The notes beneath the pieces were generated by a model. That model had not been told where the DNA came from and ran no database searches. It saw only the letters and a list, made by a program, of their open reading frames with translations. Below, piece by piece: positions 38,808-52,463 of a stretch of 64,000 nt of DNA. The stretch comes from Haliotis rufescens (Eukaryota): NCBI RefSeq assembly GCF_023055435.1, contig NW_025964355.1, positions 930,001 to 994,000 on the forward strand. Reading direction: 5' to 3'. The number at the start of each line of letters is the position of its first letter. The stretch's first letter is position 1. The position numbers and the translations under genes are program-made.

Positions 38808-39110
38808 AGACCCGTGCACGTGAAGATTGCGGGGTAGAATAGGTCTTCAGCAACCCATGCCTACTGATAAAAGCGACTATGCTTGTCGTAAAAGGCGACT
38901 AGCGGGATCGGGTGGTCAGGCTCGCTGATTTGGTTGATGCACGGTCATCGATCCCAATTACGTGGATCTATGCTCATGATGTCAATCACTGGATTGTCTG
39001 GTCCAGACTCGATTATTTACAGACCGCCGTCATATAGCTTTAATATTGCTGAGAGCGCCGTTAACCAACCAGCCAACCAACCAACCGACCAACCAACCAA
39101 CCAACCGACC
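38808..39110 (+). mobile_element. Nin/Deu-type SINE
   Basis: Core with duplicated gcgacta segment; (caac)n tail. Confidence 0.85.
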
Positions 39111-40381
39111 ATAGTGATTCATAAACACAGGGATCATGATACACTCGGTATCGTACAATCGATTCTGCTTTTGACAGAGATTTCTTGTGGTTATGGAAGT
39201 ATTTTGTCGCTATTATTATTATGATTATGGAAATGGATTGATATAATATGCATTTTCTGCTGTCACCAGTGAAACCAACTCGCAGTGACATCTATCTCGT
39301 GAGGGTTAGGAATTCAACTATTTCATATAGGGGATAGGTGGAAATCACTATTTCACTGATGTACTTCTAATATAATGGTCTGTTCGTGATATCCCTTTGT
39401 TAGGTTTCAATTTGAGAAGTAAATAATTAAGACCCTTACTAGCGATGAACAGGAATATCTAAAAACAGCTTACGTATACAGTTATTCACTCCAGAACGGC
39501 TGTATGTATCCTCAAGTCAATATTCGCCTGGTGTAATTGTCTAAGTGTTTAACGTGTGAGCAATGAGCACGCTTCTTCACATAGTACAGATGTTGGAGGT
39601 AAACAGTACATACAGAACACGCCTGTTGATTCAGTTCAATGAAGAAACATTGTGATGTATAGTGTCAGTTCTGAGGATCGTAACCTGTACAAATACAATC
39701 CGTGACACTATCATACTTTTAAGACCTGTATTTAATTGGCTTTTTGAACATATAGACATATTTTAGGAGTACAACCCATTTCAGGTTTTAATGATAGATA
39801 AATAACAGTTCCGTTACAACTGTTTAATAATGGATGCATCACGACTGTATGCAAACGTTAACTTTCACCAAGAACGATGTCGAGATTTGATGATGTTTTT
39901 ACTGCACATCTTCAATCGAACACAGATGAAGAAAAAAAGTTGCTATTGTTTTCATGTTACAAGGTTTAAGTTTGTGATATTCCCAAACAGGTAATTTTGT
40001 TGTAGGATGTACTGGGGGTAAGAAGCTAATTAGCACTGAAGTTAGATGTGACTGCCTTTGCATATTTATGTACGCTGAGAAACATATTTTGCTGACTTTT
40101 TTACATTGCTTATTTGGGTGTAGATTAAACTCATTAGGTCCCATTAAACACAATGTGAAACATTGGCTGATACCTGAGATGGTGTCACAATCGAAAATAC
40201 CTGTATCTGTATATGGTTTCATAAATAAAGTCATGTTGACCTTTAATCACTTTGTAATGGGTAAGAATCTACGATTTGATGACACATGCATCATTTAGAG
40301 AAGCTCTTCTTCGTGGGTGTATGCATGGCATCACAGACTGGATATATTCATAACACGACCTTATATCCACGACACTGAGCT

Positions 40382-40436
40382 ATGGCCAAGATCAAGGATG
40401 TTCTTATCATTATCGCAGTTATCTTGCACAGACAGG
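40382..40436 (+). CDS. Signal-peptide exon of paralog B
   Basis: ctATGG; MAKIKDVLIIIAVILHRQ G|gtgagt; phase 1 matches acceptor at 42012. Confidence 0.7.
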
Positions 40437-40726
40437 GTGAGTTATACTGTTAATTTCCAAAAGCAATTGTCATTTAATCATATTGACCATTAGGGATATG
40501 CATTAACATATATTAATGCTATTGAGATAAGAACAAAGGTTAATGGAATGAGATGTGCTGTTTTTGAAGTTTGAAGCAATCCTCGTATCAGTTGCTCCTT
40601 TTCTTTGTCGTTGTCGGAAACCAAAAACCTGCTTGTTTCAAAAACTGTAGTTTTCTTTGTAAGATTATAAGCGTGTCAGAGAGGGATATCCATGCCACAT
40701 GGTACGTATCTCAGTGGGCTACTAGG

Positions 40727-41102
40727 NNNNNNNNNNNNNNNNNNNNNNNNNNNNNNNNNNNNNNNNNNNNNNNNNNNNNNNNNNNNNNNNNNNNNNNNNN
40801 NNNNNNNNNNNNNNNNNNNNNNNNNNNNNNNNNNNNNNNNNNNNNNNNNNNNNNNNNNNNNNNNNNNNNNNNNNNNNNNNNNNNNNNNNNNNNNNNNNNN
40901 NNNNNNNNNNNNNNNNNNNNNNNNNNNNNNNNNNNNNNNNNNNNNNNNNNNNNNNNNNNNNNNNNNNNNNNNNNNNNNNNNNNNNNNNNNNNNNNNNNNN
41001 NNNNNNNNNNNNNNNNNNNNNNNNNNNNNNNNNNNNNNNNNNNNNNNNNNNNNNNNNNNNNNNNNNNNNNNNNNNNNNNNNNNNNNNNNNNNNNNNNNNN
41101 NN
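40727..41102. other. Assembly gap (N run) inside a Meta-type SINE
   Basis: SINE core gtatctcagtgggcta before the gap and tail cgcgacactaaacccgtttcacc after it. Confidence 0.9.
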
Positions 41103-42011
41103 ACAATAATCTTCAACGCGACACTAAACCCGTTTCACCTGAACGGTAAATCAGTGCTGACACCCGGTGTGCGCGAAAAGGTTAAGCATGACCTGCTCTG
41201 TGGGAAGCATCCGCCACTCACACAATATGCATAAGAGAGTATTAACTAAGTGTTTGTTGCCTGTCGCCATACAGCTGTATTTCTGTCACACGCCTACGGC
41301 CTGTAAACAATCGGGTACAAGTCAACAGTAATATTGATATTTTCACAGAAAGCTTGTTGAATCGTCAACACAAAATCTGTACATAACTATACATCAGCGA
41401 CTAAGCAGTCTGCTAGTTGGCGTGACCAATTCTTTTCGGAAACATACCGCAATAATTATGAGTGTATTTTAACATGTGATGTCCTTGAAAAAAGACATGT
41501 CGTTGATCATTACGGAATATATCAAAATATGTTCAAAGTCTGAAATCTTTTGTCGTTGTTGAAAACAAGACAAGCCTCATTTTTCCCGAAATTTTAATTT
41601 CTTGCTCTCCAAATGTTTGTTAAGCAGTTACTGTCTTCTGAATGTAATTTATTCAAAATTTGACACTAAACATTTATCCTTGGTTGGGCTGTGATTCCTT
41701 TGAAAGCTATATCATTTCAAATGCGATGTCTTACTGATTGCCTTCTCAAGAACAGTGCCAATATTACATATCATTTGACGATCGTTATTACGAGTTATTA
41801 TACGAGTGTAAGTTTACAAAGTCAATACATTAAACCTGTACTAGTATTTCAATTACTTTTTAACCTCTTTGTCTCACATGTTAGAATTCGTACCCATTCG
41901 GTGAAAGGATCAAACAACTTGTGTTATATTAGGAGGATGGATAAAATGATTCAGAATCTGCATATGGTTGTGGGATAGACCTCGATTCATGCAATTGTCT
42001 TTTAACTGTAG

Positions 42012-43999
42012 CTGTTGACGTGTCGTCACAAGAAGATACAGACCCAGTCTCACATACTCCAGTTAGCTCAGAGGGAAGACAGTATGTCACCACACACGGT
42101 TGTCAACCTGAAAATGAGAGTGACTGTGCCGAGAATAGTCCAGATGGGGATCGAGGAGGTGACGACACTGATCCAACAGGCGAAATAAAGAGCGGATCTG
42201 TCGGTAGCAGAGAAACGAGGGAAAGTGATGACAACAGTGGTGTTGGTGACGATGGTTCAGCGACGGGAGAAAGTGATGAGAACACTGGTGGTGATGGCGA
42301 TAGTTCAGCGACGGGAGAAAATAATGAGAACACTGGTGGTGATGGCGATAGTTCAGCGACGGGAGAAAATAATGAGAACACTGGTGGTGGTAGCGATAGT
42401 TCAGCGACGGGAGAAAGTGATGAGAACAGTGGTGGTGGTGGTAGCGATAGTACAGCGACGGGAGAAAGTGATGAGAATAGTGGTGGTGGTAGCGATAATA
42501 CAGCGACGGGAGAAAGTGATGAGAACAGTGGTGGTGGTAGCGATAGTACAGCGACGGGAGAAAGTGATGAGAACAGTGGTGGTGGTAGCGATAATACAGC
42601 GACGGGAGAAAGTGATGAGAACAGTGGTGGTGGTAGCGATAGTACAGCGACGGGAGAAAGTGATGAGAACAGTGGTGGTGGTAGCGATAGTACAGCGACG
42701 GGAGAAAGTGATGAGAACAGTGGTGGTGGTAGCGATAGTACAGCGACGGGAGAAAGTGATGAGAACAGTGGTGGTGATGGCGATAGTTCAGCGACGGGAG
42801 AAAGTGATGAGAACAGTGGTGGTGGTAGCGATAATACAGCGACGGGAGAAAGTGATGAGAACAGTGGTGGTGGTAGCGATAGTACAGCGACGGGAGAAAG
42901 TGATGAGAACAGTGGTGGTGATGGCGATAGTTCAGCGACGGGAGAAAGTGATGAGAACAGTGGTGGTGGTAGCGATAGTACAGCGACGGGAGAAAGTGAT
43001 GAGAATAGTGGTGGTGGTAGCGATAATACAGCGACAGGAGAAAGTGATGAGAATAGTGGTGGTGGTAGCGATAGTACAGCGACAGGAGAAAGTGATGAGG
43101 ATAGTGGTGGTGGAAGCGATAGTTCAGCGACGGGAGAAAGAGATGAGGACAGTGGTGGTGGTAGCGATAGTTCAGCGACGGGAGAAAGTGATGAGGACAT
43201 TGGTGGTGGTAGCGATAGTACAGCGACGGGAGAAAGTGATGAGAACAGTGGTGGTGGTGGTGGTAGCGATAGTACAGCGACGGGAGAAAGTGATGACAAC
43301 AGTGGTGGTGGTGGAAGCGATAGTACAGCGACGGATAAGATTTATGAGAACACTGGTGGTGATGGCGATAGTTCAGCGACGGGAGGAAGTGATGATAACA
43401 GTTGTGGTGGTGACGATAGTTCAGCGACGGGAGAAAGTGATGAGAACAGTGGTGGTGTTGGCGATAATACAGGGACGGGTGAAGGTGCTGACAGCACAGA
43501 TGGTGATGGCGATAATACAGCGACGGGAGAAAGTGATGAGAAAAGTGGTGGTGATGGCGATAGTTCAGCGACGGGTGAAGGTGTTGACAGCAGGAATGGA
43601 CATGATACTTTAGAGAACGATGGAAGCGATGACAACGATGATGGTAAGAGTAGGGGATGTGAGGGCAATACTGTTGACACACAGATAAATCGAATAATCA
43701 GCTCCAAAGCATTTAACATGTGTATCTCGATGTGGGAGAAAAGCGCAGTCAGTCCGACCGGCGACGTCTCTCTCTCCATTGCCCGTTTACTTGCTCTCAA
43801 GAAGCCGAACCTGTCACGTCACATCCGAGACAAGACGTCTGCAGTCGATCACCGCGTGTCATCTCGGGTTCTGGCAGTGATGACACTTGTCATCTTCTGG
43901 TTTCCCATTCTCATTCTCGTCGTCTGGGACCTGTTTGATCTCGTAAGATTCGGTCGAAGGTTCACGGAGAGGTACATGAGACAGGGGAACATTGCTTGA
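42012..43999 (+). CDS. Terminal exon: acidic Ser/Gly/Asp/Glu 16-aa repeat ectodomain, juxtamembrane module, TM (paralog B)
   Basis: tag|(A)VDVSSQE...; ~2-kb open frame; repeat SGGGSDSTATGESDEN; LALKKPNLSRHIRDKTSAVDHRVSS-TM-WDLFDL. Confidence 0.9.
42217..43590 (+). repeat. 48-bp coding tandem repeat (~28 units)
   Basis: agtggtggtggtagcgatagtacagcgacgggagaaagtgatgagaac; indels only in whole codons. Confidence 0.95.
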
Positions 44000-44330
44000 A
44001 GTGATACAAACAGAGAAGATCCAAGAAGTGTCTCCTCGTGTAGGCTGACAAAGATGAACTGCTTGGCATATTCATTCACTCTCTTTGATACACTATCTTA
44101 ATATATTTGGCATATGAAGTTGAACTTCAACACTTTACAATAAGTAGAAATATCTTAAAATCACAAATGTATAAATTGCTTAAATTTGAAAATTATTTCA
44201 GAGGCCTACTTTGTTGCATATACCAATTGCTCCTGTAATCATGATTGTACTATAGGCCTGTGGCATCCTCAGTACGTTGAATAAAGAAATTGAAATATGC
44301 ATATACCATACTTTATTGTACAGTAGATTT

Positions 44331-44440
44331 TAAGAAGTAATCGACGAATGGGAGTTGTTTATCGTACATCATGGGCAGTTTATTCTCCCTGCAATGTTTT
44401 ATTGTACGATAAACAACTCCAACTCGTCGTTTATTTCTTA
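44331..44440. mobile_element. Long hairpin, probable terminus of a non-autonomous DNA element
   Basis: taagaagtaatcgacgaatgggagttgtttatcgtaca / tgtacgataaacaactccaactcgtcgtttatttctta inverted repeat. Confidence 0.6.
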
Positions 44441-44979
44441 TATGCGATTTCAACATAACGTACAATGCATATGATGTTAATAAAAGGTACACGCTTCAAA
44501 CATATTTACCCGTATTTAATTAATGATGACACCCTTAATAGAATCCGACCGCGGACATGTCGGACATGTCCATTTAAGAACAGGGGAGGTCAGTTTGTTT
44601 TTCCCGCATATTCTCACAATTTTCACGTCGATTATCTGTATGTGTTCTTTCTCCCAATAGTGATTGTCATATCTTCGGCCATTCCGTTTACTTTGCCCAC
44701 AACATCTATGGGAACAACTCACCAAACACATCCCTCTCAAAAGTGACGTCGTCCAATTTACGACGTTATCAAGTTGCGAGCGCATGTCCGAATCTTCAGA
44801 AATAACGTCATGACAGAACAATGTTTATTGTAAAATATACCACGCTTCGTTCTTCATTGTTGTTTGTGAATTATCGCGTAGCTATCTTATATTACACAAT
44901 ACATGCAGTTAAAACCTCAAGAGTATACATATTCATTTTGTGTTTGAAAACAAGTGTTCCCCTTCATTTGCCAAATCTG

Positions 44980-45305
44980 ACGGTACTTGCCTCCGTCCGT
45001 CTCTCGGGGGTGTGGTAGGTCACTGGTCCGATCCCCCGGCCGCGTCACACCAAAAGACGTTAAAAGATGGTACATGTTGTTATCTGGCGTTCGGCATTAA
45101 AGGGATAAACAGTCGGATGGGATTCAGTGTAATGTCTCTGGGTTTGGTACACATGTGTAACTGTGGCATGGTATATTAGCGGGACAACACTATAAAATGG
45201 CCATAATCCGTACCAGTACAAGCACACACGTTCATACACGTCGCTGTATAAATGGAATGACCTTGAATGCGACATTAACCCCCATTTCAATTCACTTCCT
45301 CGCAC
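44980..45305 (+). mobile_element. Meta/MESC-type SINE, diverged
   Basis: cgcgtcacaccaaaagacgttaaaagatggtac core. Confidence 0.8.
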
Positions 45306-45619
45306 CTCTTGTCTAGAGTAGTAGTACTGTTGCTTGATTATCAATTTACATCAGTTCCAATTTCAACATTCTGCCAGATTATAGCTGGAAAACTGTGTAC
45401 AGCTGCATAGTATTTCAGACGACGACCCCAAAACACACACTGGGCATACTGTTGAATCCATGACTGTTATAGTTGAACTGATGTTGAACTGCAATGTTCC
45501 TCATTTTAAAATATGTAAGCATTTCGCATTCTCTAGGTCTGACCTCCAAATTGTTCCTTAGATTTATTCTGGCGTTGACTTTTTACGGCTTCGACTTGCT
45601 TCACAAGTTGTGACGTGGG

Positions 45620-45790
45620 AGTGAGTGAGTGAGATAAAATATAACGTCACACCGGCAATATTTCAGCCATATCGTGAGGAGAGAAAGTTATACATTTTAT
45701 TAATAATAAATATATTTAGACTGTCATCGAAGGACAGTAAATAATTAGATTATCGGAGCTTATATTGAAAACTGATATGTAACGAGAAAA
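45620..45790 (-). mobile_element. 3' end fragment with (actc)n tail
   Basis: Matches 12893-13090. Confidence 0.6.
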
Positions 45791-45933
45791 CGACATCACT
45801 TCACATAACAATACATCACCAGTCACTGAAGGGAGAAACTATTGTGATCTTGGGGTCCTGATTAATTTTGCATATATCCTTGGTTGTGCTGTCATTTGTG
45901 TGAAAACTGTCACAGATACAATGTCTTATGCGA

Positions 45934-46054
45934 ACACCTGGGCCCACTTGCACAAAGCGATCTTAGCGATAAGACTATCGTAAGCCTATGTTAAAGTATG
46001 GGGGTTAAGATCATCTTAGCGCTAAGATCGCTTTGTGCAAGTGGGCCCAGGTGT
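45934..46054. mobile_element. Palindromic MITE (Harbinger-like CWG context)
   Basis: Perfect ~36-bp inverted repeats acacctgggcccacttgcacaaagcgatcttagcg / reverse complement. Confidence 0.8.
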
Positions 46055-46389
46055 CGTCAATCATTTCCAGTGATCCCATCATATATTTTCACCATCCTTT
46101 TTACTTCTACGCCCAATGTTTCGACAGATAATCGAGACGGATTATTCACTGGCGTTGACGTTTTATATTTGTGGAATTTAAATGGTTAATGGGGTCACAA
46201 GAGCGCTGCATTACAAATCATTTCATGCCCGTCATTATGAACATAAAATAGCATTACTTTATAAAGTCAGTACAACAAACATTCCCTTTTACCCAAAACC
46301 ATTTTCTAGACACACATTCTTCATAAAAAGTAGGGGATCATGACAGTCATAAAAATACTGAGAGAGATGAGATTCGGTGTTGCTAGTAA

Positions 46390-49300
46390 CCTAACGTACG
46401 TATAACCAACGACATGAACTTAATAGATTACGCGCTGAAAAGCCTAATAAAAGGTTTTTCTTCAAAGGAGGAAAAATTGCCGAGGACACAAAACGGGACA
46501 CAGAGAGACGAAACAGTCATGCACAGGTTCAGGATAGTGATGTTAGACCAAAATATGGTGGAACCAGGAACAACGGTAATCGGAGGCAGGGTGAAGAAAA
46601 CAGAATTGACTTTCGGCCTCGATCACTCCGCCCCAGCACGAGAGAGAAGACAAACAATAGATAGGGGGTGGCCCGGGAAAAGATGATTGTAGGGTGTTTC
46701 AAACAGGTTCACCTACAATTTCCCCTTTGTTGACTGGGTCCATAAAATTTAATTTCTGGAATCCAAAGTGGACGATTGTGAATGTATCACCTTTGTTAAC
46801 TTATTTGATATTGTCGGGCTGACTGAAACATGGTTGAAGGAGACAGATTTGGGTGGTTTATTCAGTGATTTTACTATACACACAAAGGTTGGTGAGCGGA
46901 TATCTACCCAGGGACGACTCTCAGGTGGAGTAATAGTATTAATCAGACACTTTAGCACATCTTGTAAAGTGGACCAAAGTGTGTGATAGTGGTATATTTA
47001 TTTTACTAGATCAAGAAATATGTGGTCTAAAGAAAGACCTATTTTATGCATGTGAATATATTCACCCGGAGTCTTCTACCTGGTATAATAACCCGTTACG
47101 TCAATGTAAAAACGGCATCTCATTATAAAAGACGATCTGTTGCATATGCTTTCTAAATGTGATAATGTGTATGTTATCATCGGAGGTGATTTCAACTCTA
47201 GGACTGGCAAACTACCTGATTTTGTTGAAGACGATATCCTTGAGTACTTGGAAGGTAATGGTGGGAGTTCTTGTTGGATAGTTTTAACATGAAACGATTT
47301 TGGGTAGATTCAACTATAAACAGGTTTGGTAAATGCTTGTTAGATATGTGCAGTATTCTTAACATCCATATTATGAATGGAAGATATGGATCAGACGCGG
47401 GTGTAGGGGATTTCACTTTTATGGGAATCAAGGTGCGGGCGTGGTTGATTATATAATATGTTCATCTGAATTGTTTCATATATGCAGTAGATTTGACATA
47501 CGCTCACCCGCAGTGTCATCACATCTTCCACTCACAATGGATTGACGTACGTTTCAAACAGATTAAAATTGATCAAATTATTAATGAATCTTTCAGATTT
47601 ACATGGGTCCACGATAGAGCTGATAACTTAAGATATAATTTGACATCAGATGAAGATAGTGTTATTTACTTGAAAGGGCAGTAAATACAGCATTCGTTGG
47701 CATCGATGCTAGTGTAAGATATATCACTGAAACCTTATGTATGGCTGCATCAGATATGAAGAGAAAAGTTTGCATTAACAAACCGCATCGTCAGTGATAT
47801 GATAGTTGTATGAAAGATGTAGATGTTTAAATATATTTCGAAGGAAATAAAATTTGGTTGCATTGGGAAATTACCAACGCATCCGGAATCAGTATGAGGA
47901 AACATGTAGAAAAAAGAAAGTTGATTATTATGAAATGAAAAAATACCTTCTTGAGAAAAACATTCATAATTCAAAAGTCTTTTGGTCAACTCTTAAAAAG
48001 CTCCATATATTCATAATAAAATTTGTATCGAAAATTGGTATGATCACTTTGAAAAGTTATTTACAGCTCATGATGACAGTGATGATGACTTTTTCTGGAT
48101 TTGAAGATGACAATATAACATATGATGACATCGAATTATCACGAGACATCCTCGAGACTCCGATTACGAGTGATGAAAGCATTTCTCATCTTAAAAATGG
48201 TAAATCAGCTGGATAGGACAAACTTATATCAGAGTTTTTTAAACATTCTACAGATATCATTGTATCATATCTAGAGTTGATTTTTAATATTATGCTGGAA
48301 ACATCATATTTTCCTGAGGACTTGGCACTTGGTATAATCGTCCCTCTCCATAAACAGGGTTCAGTGAATGATACAAATAACTATAGAGGCTTGTGTTATC
48401 AAGCATTTTTAGCAAAGTGTTCATATATATCATTAACAAAAGGTTAGCATTCTGGGCTGATGCTTATGAAAAGATTACTGAGTCTCAATCTGGTTTCAGG
48501 CAAGGATACTCGACAATTGATAATATATTTATATTGCAAACAATAATACAAAAGTACCTGGCAAAGAAGGGTGGTACATTATACGCATTTTGTAGATTTC
48601 TCTAAAGCTTTTTATTCTGTTAGCAGAAATAGATTATGGTCACGTTTCAAAGCACATGGTCTTGGCAGTAAAATTGGAAAGTTAATGTGCTGTATGTATC
48701 AGAATGTAAAGGTTTGTGTGCGAAATAACGGTACTGTGTCTGACACATTTGAAAGCACAATTGGCGTTAAGCAAGGGTGCATTTTAAGTCCGTTTTTTGT
48801 TCTCCTTCTTTATCAATGAATTAGCTCAACAATTCTGCAGAAATGTTAGCATCCAACTTCACCCGGAAACTATAAAGTTATTTCTTCTTGTGTTTGCCGA
48901 TGCTATAGTAATGTTTTCAAACACAATACCTGGACTACAAAAGCAACCTAATCAGCTGGAATGTGATTGCAAAGAATGGAATTTATCTGTCAACAAGAAT
49001 AAGACAAAAGTTATTGTTTTAAAAAATGGTGGTACACTAGCCAGAAGGGAGAAATGGTTTTATCAAGGACATTCATTAGATGTTGTATCGTTATATAAGT
49101 ACTTACATGTAGGTGTCTATAATACAAATAGATTGCCATGGAAGATGCATGCTAACCAAGCTGCTGTACAAGCTAAGAAGATCCTAATTGGAATTCTTCA
49201 ACATATGAAAGTGTTTGGAAATATATCCTATAATACCTTCTTTAATATACAAGCCCAATTTTCTTATATGGAGCAGGGGTTTGGGGATTAGAAATGATTG

Positions 49301-50155
49301 ATGTTATAGAAAAAGTACATATTTATGCATGCAAAATATTCCTTTGTGTGAAACCTAGTACGCCTAATCTAATGGTCTATGGAGAATGTGGAGGATACCA
49401 AATAACTATGTTTGCAAAGTTAAAGACCATAAAATACTGGATAAAATTAGTTAAAATGCCGGCAACAAGATATCCAAAGAAATGTTATAACATGTTATTA
49501 CTCTATGATCAACAAGGACAGACTAACTGGACATCTTCTGTTAAGCATCAACTTTATTCATGTGGTTATGGTAATATATGGACAGAACAGGATACGTATA
49601 TACCAGATCATTTCATAGATGCATTCACTCAGACCCTGAACGATATGTACATTCAAAATTGGCATGTTGTCCTTATCAGTATCAAAGAAAGTATTAAGTT
49701 ATTCCCTCTTAAAAAACCAGCTTCTTTGGAGAGCAATACTTATTAGATGTGACACTAAAAACATCTCGAATTGCACGTGCAAGATTCAGATGTGCTTCAC
49801 ACGAACTCTTCATCGAGACAGGAAGATATATGGGGATCGTGAGAGAACACAGAATTTGTCAGTTTTGTGATTTAAACACTGTAGAAAGTGAATACCATTT
49901 CTTACTACTTTGTCCGTTGTATGCTGAACTCAGAAAACAGTTCATTGATAAATATTATATCCGTTATCCAGTCTACATAGATTTGTTTCATTAATGTCAA
50001 GAAAGAATGTAGTAAAAACGAAAAAGCTTTCAATGTACATTATGCATGCTATGAAGCTCAGAGGCTCCAAATGTGTTACCTTTTAAATGTTTATATACAC
50101 CTATGACTATGTAGCATGTACTATAGGCCTATGGCCTCTCAGTATTATGAATAAA
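46390..50155 (+). mobile_element. Near full-length degenerate LINE (APE endonuclease, RT, C-terminal CCHC; RTE-X-like)
   Basis: GLTETW, GDFNSRT, VVDY; KSAG.D, QSGFRQGYST, FVDFSKAF, GVKQGCILSP, VFADA; IETGRY..RICQFC..ESEYHFLLLCPLY; many frameshifts; 3' aataaa. Confidence 0.92.
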
Positions 50156-50329
50156 CACATATACGACATAAAAATGTTAATAAAAAGTATTAGAACAAAG
50201 AGAAGTGTTGACGACACACATCCTAATCTAATGTCTGTAAACTAACTGTAAAACACCATTTCTGATTTTGACACTCTGTATATAAAATAATGTATCTTTT
50301 CAAATTCAGGACAACAAATATGCCCTATT

Positions 50330-51000
50330 GTAATTGTTCGATGTATTACTATTGAGGCTCGAAGCCAGAAAGAGGGTTTGGGTGATCCTGGCACAGTCAG
50401 GCTGGTTAGGCTCATCATCAGCTAAAGGCCCTTGCCCCCTCTACACGCAGCCCAAACAGCGAATGCTACCGTGTCTAACTATCCGAGAACATTTTGGAGA
50501 ATGTGAAGACTCCCCAACACTACAGCCTTCTACATTATCCAGATTTTCAGAAGGGCTGTATTCCTTGGAGCAAACCCGGGCACTCTCCCAATGCCAGTCA
50601 ACAGATTGGGAGGTACCAAATCTAAGGTACCGAGAACAATGGAGAGTCGGACAACTTGGAACTCGGGATGCACGTGTGACATTTCGAGACGAGCGAGGTC
50701 CGCATATTTGCAATGCTTTTCCTAAATCTTGTCAATCACATTAGTGTCAAAGGGCCAGAAAATTCAATAAATAAGTTTGTTGGTCTGGATATGTCTGAGG
50801 CTGTATACGGGCCTATTCCAAACGCCCTCTACGTACTCTGGACCTCAGTGGCAAAACCACAAGCATGACGAAGACGGTAATAAAAGGATCGCGTCACTCC
50901 ATCACATCGCTCAAGATACTGTGTTTGTGCATTAGCTGGGCATCCACTGACATTGTGTTTGGCAGTCTCATTTAATTCTTTACATAATCTACATTTCATA
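50330..51000 (-). mobile_element. Second R4/Dong-like RLE element fossil
   Basis: Reverse-complement homolog of 27385-28090 (KCRLCKELNETAKHNVSGCP...). Confidence 0.8.
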
Positions 51001-51872
51001 TTTACATTTTGACGGTTCTAGTGGGAAGTGACTGGTCCTTGGCAGCAAACAGAAAGCTCAACCTTGCAATGCAAGATGCAGTGGTCGTTCAGATAGCCTC
51101 GCCTTGAAAAACTGAGTCTGGGCCGAATTGATATGGCAATTCGCTTGCTTTCTGTTCCGTCCAGCAATACAAAATCAACATTGAGATTATGTCCCAAATC
51201 CTCGCTTCGTTTAAGTAAACTGTGATATGACTTGTTTGCATTGAGGGTTTGGACATGCTTCACAAAAGGATCATAAGACAAATAAATGTGTACAAAAGCG
51301 CACAATACAATTCTGTCACGAAGAGCCACCACGTTTATCAAACCACGCCCTCCCGTTATAACTGGTAAGCGATTAAGGGAAGAGCGAGGGTGGTGGAATC
51401 CACGTGTCTGAGAGGGTTATTCGTGCGAGGGTGTCAATACCCTGAATTTCTTGTTTCGTCCAATCAACAACACCAAAAGAATACTAAGGGACGAGTACAG
51501 CATAATAGCAAAAGTCGCGATTATTATTCCACCGATTTTTGTACCGGTCAAAACGGAAGTATCAGTAACTTCACTTCAAACTTAACAAAAACATTGATAC
51601 ATTTTGGCTCAGTGCAAGAAAATATGTTTGTTTCTGAAACATGTCAGGTAATCGACATATTGATAATCCAATGCGGATACACATCGCTTGGAACACTACT
51701 TGCAGCTATATTTACAAAATGATTTCTAAATGAAGTCACTGTCAAGTAAAACAATTATATCCAGATCATTAGTTCTGTTGAAGGAAAACGACTGATCGTT
51801 ATTTGATCTCCCCCAGTTCTTCCCTGGTATATAACACTTATGTAGGATGGTGATAGGTTAACACTGGGGGTA

Positions 51873-52179
51873 ATGTTTCACCCGGAAATAATGTTTTTTG
51901 GGTCCCTCTTCTTGTTGGCGCCTATGATTGCAGGTCAAGCGTTGACTGCCGTGACCAAATGTACGAACATGCGTTTTGTACGAGTACAGCAGGTTTCTAT
52001 GACGCCTCTTCGACGCACTCAAACCGGGAACGCTGTTGAATGTGGTAAACTGTGCATGGAAACGTTGGATTGCACAGCCTTCTCCTTTGCCGAACATACA
52101 CACAGCTGTTCACTGTTGAAAGAGAATGCTCTTTGCGCTTCTGGCAATGTTTTCACAGGATTTGTATACCAAAAACAGG
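51873..52179 (+). CDS. PAN/apple-SRCR protein, exon 1 (signal peptide, PAN domain)
   Basis: MFHPEIMFFGSLFLLAPMIAG...VECGKLCMETLDCTAFSF..HSCSLL; G|gtacac phase 1. Confidence 0.85.
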
Positions 52180-52463
52180 GTACACAATGGTCGTTTTCTC
52201 CTGTTCACGGACATATTGATCATTTAGAAAGAAAATGTTTACAGTGTCTTCAAAATTATTTATTTCAAGAGGGTAACTGTTCAGGGTTTTTTTTAAATGA
52301 CAAATTCCTCAAAAATAGGTAAACAATCTATGTTTCTTCAATAAGGTTTATGCTTTGTTCGCATATTGCCCGAGGCTTTTGCATTATCACACGTATAGAT
52401 ACTATGTGTGAAATATTTGTTTTAGATATTTTATTACCTAATCTATATTATTATGATCCACAG

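Noticed and set aside
40571-41234. ORFs spanning the N gap (also 54801-55163)
   Set aside because: Artefacts of unknown bases
42087-43800. Alternative-frame and antisense ORFs (His/Tyr-rich, Ser/Pro/Leu-rich, Val-rich)
   Set aside because: Shadows of the 48-bp coding repeat; only the 42020 frame links to the splice acceptor and conserved TM module
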